A DNA stretch of 58,972 nt from Reclinomonas americana ATCC 50394 (Eukaryota): positions 171,443-230,414 of the forward strand of contig PS015093.1 of assembly GCA_048213135.1 (NCBI GenBank), read 5' to 3'. The notes beneath the pieces were generated by a model that saw nothing but the letters and a program-made list of their open reading frames with translations, had not been told where the DNA came from and did not search any database. The number at the start of each line of letters is the position of its first letter. Within the stretch, counting starts at the first letter, position 1. The position numbers and the translations under genes are program-made. Of the stretch, positions 1 to 17,573 are shown piece after piece.

Positions 1-2
1 CC

Positions 3-7968
<7,966 letters not shown>

Positions 7969-8493
7969 GGGTGAAGGGATGGGAGGATGAGTATAGTGCA
8001 CGAGATTATTGATTGGAGACGAAAGGCGAAGGGTGACAGAGGTGCTTTCCAGATCATCTGACATCGGATGCGACGGAGCAGTGTCTCGGTATGCCGGAGA
8101 CGTGGGCCTATTCGGGTCTTGCTCCGTTTGCCTGACTATGACTGTTACCAAAGATTGGAAGTGGCATGTTCTTCGGCAAGTGCGTCAATCCATTGTTCAA
8201 CCACGCTTATGCGGTGAAGGTCGCAGTTCTCGACTTGTTCGGGGCTACGCACACAAGAAGACTTGCTGCAGATGCCCTCAAAACCAGTGTTTGTGTTGAT
8301 GATTTGGATATGGTTGGACTTCGTCATTGAGACATGCACATGTGCAGCTGCCAATTGCGGCTGATGGTGCTGGTGCTGGTACTGGTGCTGCTGGTGCTGC
8401 TGGTGGTGCTGTTGCTGCTGCTGCAGAAAACGTCGCTGAAAGTTTTCAACTTTCGGTCCCATGCGTCCCATCGGAGTATTGTGTCGTCGCGCA

Positions 8494-9382
8494 ATGTGCT
8501 TGCGCCTCCTGCTCGTCGTGGCCCTGGTGGTCTCCCTGAGTGTCACCATCGCTCTGGCCGACTGCCAACCATCACGCAACAGCGTTGTCGCCGCTCGTTT
8601 CAAGCCGGGCCAAGACATTTTTGTTGCGCACTGATTGCATTCTCTTCTCTGCCTGCATTCAAGTCTCACTCTCGGTCGCAGGTGGAGCTGGGTGCGCTGG
8701 TGGAGGCGTACCAGCTGGAGGTCAGTGAGTGAGCTACCGCTCTGTGCGAATGATCGTCTCATGTTATCGCAGGCAGCCTATGTGATCACATGTGTGGGAT
8801 CGCTTACCAAAGGTAACACGCACGCCTCGTGCCTGCTCGCCCCCTACGTGTCGCACTCACGATGCATGACACATCTGCAGCGAGTATCCGCTTTGCCAAT
8901 CAGCCAAATGGTATCCCCACTCATGACTGCCATCATGCCGATCGTCACTCACCAACGATGCAGCCACGATTCTGGAGGGCCACTTTGAGATCACAAGCAT
9001 GTTGGGCACGCTCGGAACTAAGGCCGGTCCCCATGTGCACATTACAGTGGCGGATGAGTTGCGTGCCTCGGTCTTGAACAGTAGGAAGCGTCACTGACGA
9101 TCGAATGCAACAGACAAGGCAAGGCGATCGGCGGTCACTTGATGTTGCGCCTGCTTGCTGCTTTTATGTGTCGTGGCGATCGCTCATCTCTATGTCCTTT
9201 GTGCTAAAAGGCCCGGGTCGGTGATCTATACGACGGCGGAGGTGGTGCTGGGGGAGGCGCAGGATTTGCTGTTTACGCGGCAGTATGTGCCGCCGCCGGA
9301 CTCGGGGTATGAGGAGTTGGTGGTGTCGTGTAGGAATCCGTCGCCGTGGGTGGCGGTTTGGGGGGAGGAGGAGAGGGAGTGA
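8494..9382 (+). CDS. PPC/DUF296 domain protein with N-terminal signal peptide; 7 exons (8494-8622, 8682-8720, 8773-8812, 8881-8910, 8964-9057, 9114-9143, 9211-9382)
   Basis: Manual splicing gives MCLRLLLVVALVVSLSVTIALADCQPSRNSVVAARFKPGQDIFVELGALVEAYQLEAAYVITCVGSLTKASIRFANQPNATILEGHFEITSMLGTLGTKAGPHVHITVADEQGKAIGGHLMPGSVIYTTAEVVLGEAQDLLFTRQYVPPPDSGYEELVV... It has the RxxPGQD, CVGSL, FEIxSxxGT, HxHxxxxD, GGHL and TTAE motifs of PPC domains, and all intron phases agree. The ORF track does not show it as a whole. Confidence 0.88.
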
Positions 9383-9649
9383 AGGGGATTGGAAGGGGTA
9401 TGGAGGGGCTTGGAGTAGCGAAGGTTCGGGGAGAGTAATGGAGGAACTGCTGCGTTCCTTGTGTCGCGTCACTGTGGACTGTAATGCTGATGATTGTCAC
9501 AACGCTGGGTGTAACCTTCTTCAGAGAGAACGAGCCGGCTCACTCGTACCGTACGGAGGACGAGTTGGTCAGGAATCAAGTGTGACTAACAACTCAGTTA
9601 TCAGCCACACGTGCGGAGGCGTTTCGGTGAACAGAACTTTGCAGCTCGT

Positions 9650-12600
9650 TCACTCATACAAGACGTCAGTGAAATCAGAAGAGAATGACCCAAAGATTCG
9701 AGTCAACACGGCGCCTTGTCGGCGAGAGAAAGTCGACTCTCTCGAAGGTTGAATGGAGACATCGGTCAACGCAGCAGGGGTGCTAGAGTTACGTTGCACA
9801 TCTTCTCGACTTGCCATCGACCATTGCCGCACAGTCTTGTCCCGACTGCCACTCACAATGTTCTGGCCATCGGGTGTCACTGCTACTGCCCACACCCAGC
9901 CCGTGTGGCCTTCCAGTCTCTGCACCTCCTCGCCGCTCGCAAGTGACCACATCCGTACAGTCTTGTCCAAACTGCCACTCACAATGTGCTGGCCATCAGG
10001 TGTCACCGCCACTGCCATCACCACACTCGTATGGCCTTCCAGTCGCCGCACCTCCTCGCCACTTGCCACCGACCACATCCGGACAGTCATATCCGCACTG
10101 CCACTCACAATGTGCTGGCCACCGGGTGTCACGGCCACTGCAGACACCCAAAGCGCATGGCCCTCCAGTCGGCGCACCTCCTCGCCACTTGCCACCGACC
10201 ACACTCGTACAGTCTTGTCAAAACTGCCGCTAACAATGTACTGGACATCGGGTGTCACTGCCACTGCAGACACCCAAAGCGCATGGCCCTCCAGTCGGCG
10301 CACCTCCTCGCCACTTGTCACAGACCACACCCGTACAGTCATGTCCCAGCTGCTGCTCACAATGTACTGGCCATCGGGTGTCACTGCCACTGCCAACACC
10401 TCATCCGTGTGGCCTTCCAGTCGGCGCACCTCCTCGCCACTGGCCAGCGACCACACCCGTACAGTCATGTCCCTACTGCCACTCACAATGTGCTGGTCAT
10501 CGGGTGTCGCTGCTACTGCAGTCACCTCTTTCGTGTGGCCTTCCAGTCGGCGCACCTCCTCACCATTTGCCACCGACCACACCCGAACAGTCTCGTCCTC
10601 ACTGCCACTCACAACGAGCTGGCCATCGGGTGTCACTGCCACTGCACACACGTAACTCGTGTGGCCTTCCAGTAGATGCACCTCCTTGCCACTTTCCACC
10701 GGCCACACCCGTACGGTCTTTTCCTCACCGCCAATCACAATGTACTTGCCATCGGGAGTGACGGCAACAGAGGTCACACGAGTAGTGTGACCCTCTAACC
10801 GTCGCACCTCCTCGCCACCTGCCACCGACCACACCCGTACAGTCCTGTCCTTACTACCACTCAGAATGTGCTGGCCATCGGGTGTCACTGCCACTGCCCA
10901 CACCTCACCCGTGTGGCCTTCCAGTAGGCGCACCTCCTCGCCACTAGCCAGTGACCAAACCCGTGCAGTATTGTCATCACTGCCGCTCACAATGTGCTGA
11001 CCATCGGGTGTCACTGCCACTGCACCCACCCCATCCGTGTGGCCTTCCAGTCGGCGCACCTCCTCGCCACTTGCCACAGACCACATCCGTACAGTCATGT
11101 CATCACTGCCACTCACAATGTGCTGCCCATCGGGTGTCACTGCCACTGCAATCACCCAACCCGTGTGACCCTCAAGTCGGCGCACCTCCTTCCCACTTAC
11201 CAGCGACCACACACGTACAGTCATGTCCCAACCGCCACTGACAATGTGCTGGCCATCGGGTGTCACTGCCACTGCAGTCACCCAAAGCGCATGGCCCTCC
11301 AGTCGGCGCACCTCCTCGCCACTTGCCACCGACCATACCCGCACAGTCTCGTCATCACTGCCACTCACAATGTGCTGGCTATCGGGTGTCACGGTCACTG
11401 CATTCACCCCACTCGAGTGGCCCTCTAGTCGTCGCACCTCCTTGCCACTTGCCACCGACCACACACGCACAGTCTTGTCCCCACTGCCACTCACAATGTG
11501 CTGGCCATCGGGTGTCACTGCCAGAGCACGCACCGAATCAGTGTGTCCTTCCAGCGGCTTCCTCGGCCACTTCACATCCTTCACATTCTCACCCCTAAAA
11601 TCCGCCCCCCTCGCATATGCCATGCACACATTCACCCCTCGCATATCCGCTCCTCTCCACACCGTCCTGTGCATCACCGCATCCCTCAAATCCGCACCTC
11701 TCACTCGCACACCCGACAGATCTCGTCCACTGAACGACACTTTTGCCACACACAACACCGTCGCTGCATTCGCCGCCGCCGTCACCACTCGCTCATCATC
11801 CACCTCTCGTGACATCTCAGTCACCTCCCACAGTCTCCCTTGTAGTGTAGGAGACCGTCGAACCACCTCGGCCATCTGCTCCACCAACGATGGTCTGTCG
11901 TTCAGCAATCGCACTCCCATCACATGCTGCTGCACATCTTGCATCGTCAATCTCCTCTCCTCATCCCACGTCTCCCACGCAAACACATGCCGTGCCACAC
12001 AGTGCTCCAGCAACGACAGATGCACAAACCCCCACTGTGTCATTCCATACCGTCGCACAATTGGACAGCACACTCGCACGTGCTGATTCTTCTGGCCGAG
12101 GAATTTGTCAAATGGTCCCTCTCCCACTCGTCGCAAGGCGAGTGGCGCACCACCAAAGTCATCCTCCTCTCCATTATCACCTGCTCGATTCTCCATCACA
12201 GACACACGCACCACATTCCTCTCGTGCATCAACCGTGCCAGTCCCTCACAGAATGCTAGACACGTCTCCTCACTCGGCACACGCTCCGCACCGAGACGCG
12301 TCTGCCTCTCCTGCTCCCTCTCGATCCACTGTCGAATGAATCGGTCAAATACATCACACCGAGTCGGTCGCTGCACACCACTCGCCACCAACTGCGGCAA
12401 CACACGAGCCACCACTGAGAGCAGGAACGGATTCGACACTAGTACATCCAGTCCATGCACACTCTTCAGTGCACGAATGTACTCATCGGCAGTCGACCAT
12501 CGCACATCTCCATCATCATCACCACCCACTTGCACGAGCCGATCAAAATACTCCTCAATCTGCTCCCTGTTGAACGGTGCAATGTGTCGCTCCATCAACT

Positions 12601-14330
12601 TATGCATGCACAACTGTCCTCGTGCATCTACAGGTGCAAAGTACCTTCGATACTGCGTCGCGCCACCCAGTGCCGTCAGCGCGTAATCGCCTCGACAAGT
12701 GATAATCACCTTCAAGTCGCGACACACATCCAGCTGGTTCTTGACAAACAGATTCACACCACGGTACAGCTCGTCATATCCGTCAAGCAACAACAGCAGT
12801 GGTTCCTCCTTCAACCGTCTCACATCCGACTCCAATCCCAACTCGGGTGACAGTCGTTCTTGTGCCTCCTCCAACAGTCGCTCATCGGCATTGCGCAGAG
12901 CACCAAGAGGCACTCGCACTGGCACTCGTCGACTCTCTTTCGACTGCCACTTTCGCCAAGCTCGCTCGGCCAGCACCGACATGGTGGTGGTCTTACCGGC
13001 TCCACTGTTGCCAAACAGCATCAGCACACGGTGGGTGGTATTAGTGTCGGAGAGGAAACTATCCACCTCCGTCAACAGATCCGTCATCTTGTCCTTCGAC
13101 GAGACGTCACGCTCATGTGAGCACAGCAGTGGCACACACATCTGCATGTCCTTGCGCACACTCTCATCTTCGTTATAATAGGCCATCTCACGCAATGCCA
13201 GTCGATGCAATCGAACCGCAAAAGTACTAAAGTCGATATCAACAAGGCGCGCCTCGCGAATCTGCGCTGCGAAACCAGTCATTGCATCGGCAGGCAGCTG
13301 CAACTTCCCGAGGAAGGAGAGGAATACACCACCGTCATCGAGATACTCTTGCACGTTGGTCTCGGTCAACGCATTCGGATCGTGCCCTAGCTTGTTGCGA
13401 ACCTCTCGCAACTGCTCCACAGCCTTCCGTTCATCAACAACATCAACCAGCAGTAGCTCGCGACCGTCATCGTGCATGAAGCCACCGAACAGCAGGATCG
13501 ACGCCAAGGCCGTCACATCGAACGCGTCACACAGAGGGTCGGATGACGGGTCGGCATCAAAAGCACTCTTCCAGTCGAGCATGTGATGCTGTTGCGGTGC
13601 AAACAACTTCACGCGACCAGGAGCGAGTGGCGCATGCCGATCGTACCACGCCCTTATCGTCAATGGATGTAAACACAACGGCGGAGTCCACACATCGGGA
13701 GTCCACGCCCGCACGTCAAAATCGAAATGATCGCGACTAAACTTCGCCAGCGCGAGTTGACAGCGCAGACGCAGAGCGTCGACCACAGCCTCCCAGGCAA
13801 CGTCGATGCGATTTGAGTGGACCATTCTACACCGCGCATTATGTCAGCAACATTAACAGCAGCGAGGAACCACGTCTGACAACAAACCGCTCCGATAATG
13901 CCGATGTGCTGATGAGTGCACTCTGCCAGTGAGCTCACACATCAACTACACAAGTGATTCACGCACGGAATCACCTTGCAACTCCGCCGACGACGGCAGC
14001 AGCAGCTGGGACTGCAGGCGACACGCTCACCCGCACAACCAGTGGGGCGCTTGCGTCGATACCCAGATCTGCCAGCTCCAATCTGCCGACCTTGGCGAGT
14101 TTATACTTTGCCGGCTTCTCCACCCCCACAATTTCCATCATCTCGTCTCCACTCTTCTCACGCAGCAAGCCAGTGGCCTCGCGCAGCAAGTCCGCGAGAG
14201 TGGACATTGCCGACATGCCCTCCACCAACACGACGAGTGCAGAATCGTGAGAGGCGACGACGCTGACAGTGAACTGTGCGTCATGGTCAGTACACAGTGG
14301 CAGCGCACAAGCACACACAACTCATACCAT
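9650..14330 (-). CDS. NLR-like STAND protein: (ubiquitin-like)-HEPN-NACHT-pentapeptide repeat-14xWD40
   Basis: The 1391-aa open exon 13825-9650 contains FDVTALASIL...LREVRNKLGH (HEPN RxxxxH, 13399-13382), Walker A GNSGAGKT, Walker B LLLLLDGYDE, KVIITCR, NPFLL, pentapeptide repeats (FSGRDLSGVRVRGADLRDAVM) and 14 WD40 repeats. Upstream exons (ATG at 14330, exon from 14273, small exon at ~13922-13891) are inferred from splice signals and are less certain. Confidence 0.9.
9800..11556 (-). repeat. 14 tandem 126-bp coding repeats (WD40, high internal conservation)
   Basis: The unit LEGHxxxVxAVAVTPDGQHIVSGSxDxTVRVWSVASGEEVRR was counted 14 times, and near-identity is visible at the DNA level. Confidence 0.95.
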
Positions 14331-14595
14331 TGTGTGTGTGTGTAATTCTCCGAGACTGAAGACAAATGATGATAGATGACGGAATGCAAATGAACGGAAG
14401 AATCGTCTTTTTCTGTGGTTATCATTCGCTTTCATTTGCGCTTACGTGCCAATTCTTCCAAATGAAGGCTACGTTGTTCGAACCATTGGTTTTTCGTACA
14501 CTTATGCGTGCCAGCTTCTCTCCGACACACAAACAACGAAAAGATGGTTCTCACACCGNNNNNNNNNNNNNNNNNNNNNNNNNNNNNNNNNNNNG

Positions 14596-14972
14596 GAACC
14601 AAGTGGCACACATAGTACATTCGGTTTGGTGGTGAGTCTCACTCTCTCTCCTCTCAGTCCTCCTACTGACTTGATGCACTGACGCATTGTGATACACTGC
14701 GCTCTGTACGAACTGCACGTTCTCATTATACGTTCGCCGTGCAGATACTCGCTCATCTTCGTGGAGTCTCTGTGGAGTTCGTTCACGGCAATGTGTTTCA
14801 AGACTTGACTGCATTGCTGCCGAATGACGGGTGCTTGCGTCTCCGCTTGACGGCGGATCGGCTGTTTACGATCGTGCCCAGACTTGCTTGTGGAACGCTT
14901 GTGACGCTGGATGGCTCTTTGCCGGTGCTGCTGCCGTGCTGTTACAAGGAGGAGGTCGACCTCGTCTGGTGA
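14596..14972 (+). CDS. Possible 3' fragment of an unknown spliced gene
   Basis: A GTGAGT donor at ~14632 and a TGCAG acceptor at ~14744 precede an open frame ILAHLRGVSVEFVHGNVFQD...YKEEVDLVW*. No family recognised. Confidence 0.25.
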
Positions 14973-17573
14973 CGGTGATGCGGCGGTGCTGAATCCTTCT
15001 GGAGTGGAGCTGGATTGTGCTGGCAGTTCGTGTGCCACCGATTGCTGGATGATGGATGCTTCTCGGGACTGTGGGCGCTTCCTGGGTCAACGCTATGCGG
15101 AGGACTTCACGAGTTTCCGACTCTGGCTTTTTTCTTTGTTTTTTCTCTAATAGAGCATTTTGTATGAGCATGAGTGAATCCATGGAGTGTGGCACCTGTA
15201 GTAGATGGTGGGTGGTGGGGCGAGGGAGTGCATGCAAAGCGGAGCGGGGGCGGGGGGCGGGGCCGGGGCAGCCGCGGCTAAAAATGGGCCCGTGCCGACA
15301 CCGGACGACGCCGGATGAGCTTCATTCAGCAGAACAGGTGAGTTTTTTTCTCCTTTTTTGTCGATCACCGGAAGAATGAGGCATAATCTAAGTGTAAGAA
15401 CGGTGCCGTTCGGCGTCTGGACGGTACCGTGGACGGTACCGTATTCATTGGTTGCATGTAAGGGTTCACTAATGGAGGATTTTCACCGGACGGTGCCGGA
15501 CGGCACCGTTGCCGAATTGTTCCGGTGCCGTACGACAAGGGACAGTCCTGGCTGTGTAGCCTGGTTTACAGAACAAGCATTCTTTGGACAGAATGCCTAA
15601 TACAGAAGTGTTCGCCGCACTGACGAGAACAACGTTACACACAATGTCTTGTCTGCATTTTCCTCGTGAGGCCGAGTGGGTTCTGCAAGACTTCCCTTCT
15701 TCTCCATCCTCGCCTGCATCATCCCTTCTCCTCCCCCCTNNNNNNNNNNNNNNNNNNNNNNNNNNNNNNNNNNNNNNNNNNNNNNNNNNNNNNNNNNNNN
15801 NNNNNNNNNNNNNNNNNNNNNNNNNNNNNNNNNNNNNNNNNNNNNNNNNNNNNNNNNNNNNNNNNNNNNNNNNNNNNNNNNNNNNNNNNNNNNNNNNNNN
15901 NNNNNNNNNNNNNNNNNNNNNNNNNNNNNNNNNNNNNNNNNNNNNNNNNNNNNNNNNNNNNNNNNNNNNNNNNNNNNNNNNNNNNNNNNNNNNNNNNNNN
16001 NNNNNNNNNNNNNNNNNNNNNNNNNNNNNNNNNNNNNNNNNNNNNNNNNNNNNNNNNNNNNNNNNNNNNNNNNNNNNNNNNNNNNNNNNNNNNNNNNNNN
16101 NNNNNNNNNNNNNNNNNNNNNNNNNNNNNNNNNNNNNNNNNNNNNNNNNNNNNNNNNNNNNNNNNNNNNNNNNNNNNNNNNNNNNNNNNNNNNNNNNNNN
16201 NNNNNNNNNNNNNNNNNNNNNNNNNNNNNNNNNNNNNNNNNNNNNNNNNNNNNNNNNNNNNNNNNNNNNNNNNNNNNNNNNNNNNNNNNNNNNNNNNNNN
16301 NNNNNNNNNNNNNNNNNNNNNNNNNNNNNNNNNNNNNNNNNNNNNNNNNNNNNNNNNNNNNNCCCGCCCCCCTCTTGTAACTTTTTTTGTGGATTACTAT
16401 TAAGTTTGTGACAGATTTGTTTTCGTAGTGTTGTTGTTTGGTTTGGTCAAGGGCGGTTGTTGTTGTTTTGTTTGTTTGTTTGTTTGTTTTGTTTGTTGAG
16501 GAGAGAGAAAGAGAAGGAAAAATAGCAGGAGAGTGGCATGCTCTCTTGCGTTAGGTTGTGTGTTCAGGAAAAAACAATCATAATGAAAGTCGTTTTGCGT
16601 AAGATGAAAGAGGGGGGAGATGAGGGGAGGATAAGGGAAAGGGGGCAAGGGAAGGGNNNNNNNNNNNNNNNNNNNNNNNNNNNNNNNNNNNNNNNNNNNN
16701 NNNNNNNNNNNNNNNNNNNNNNNNNNNNNNNNNNNNNNNNNNNNNNNNNNNNNNNNNNNNNNNNNNNNNNNNNNNNNNNNNNNNNNNNNNNNNNNNNNNN
16801 NNNNNNNNNNNNNNNNNNNNNNNNNNNNNNNNNNNNNNNNNNNNNNNNNNNNNNNNNNNNNNNNNNNNNNNNNNNNNNNNNNNNNNNNNNNNNNNNNNNN
16901 NNNNNNNNNNNNNNNNNNNNNNNNNNNNNNNNNNNNNNNNNNNNNNNNNNNNNNNNNNNNNNNNNNNNNNNNNNNNNNNNNNNNNNNNNNNNNNNNNNNN
17001 NNNNNNNNNNNNNNNNNNNNNNNNNNNNNNNNNNNNNNNNNNNNNNNNNNNNNNNNNNNNNNNNNNNNNNNNNNNNNNNNNNNNNNNNNNNNNNNNNNNN
17101 NNNNNNNNNNNNNNNNNNNNNNNNNNNNNNNNNNNNNNNNNNNNNNNNNNNNNNNNNNNNNNNNNNNNNNNNNNNAACCAAAACAAGGGAAAGAACAAAG
17201 GAGGGGGGGCAAAGAAAGAAGAGGGGAGTTTCTTTTTTTAGGCGGCGGGTCAGGAGGAGGAGAAAAAGAAACTGCTGCAACCCAGCAGCTTTTTTCCTCC
17301 CTTCCCACACACAAACACTTATCTGACAGGGCAAATAAACAAAGAATGGAGACCAACAAAGGAAAGAAAAGGGTGGTGGCGCGCACAACACACGAAAAAA
17401 AGAGGGCGCGCCAAACTCCCACCCCTTCTACTCCTCCTCTATCAGTTCCACCAACACACGGTACAACAAGCAACCACATATATCGAGCGATATGGGAATA
17501 CAGAGAGAGATGTAGATAGAGAGAGACACACAAAGAAACAAGTATTTGGCAACAACAACACAGGGGTGCACGC

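Noticed and set aside
8145-8762. 205-aa poly-Q ORF on the - strand
   Set aside because: It overlaps the well-supported + strand PPC gene, and the poly-Q derives from a (CTG/GTG)n repeat.
9753-12686. Repetitive + strand ORFs opposite the NLR gene
   Set aside because: They are antisense shadows of the WD40/NACHT coding sequence.
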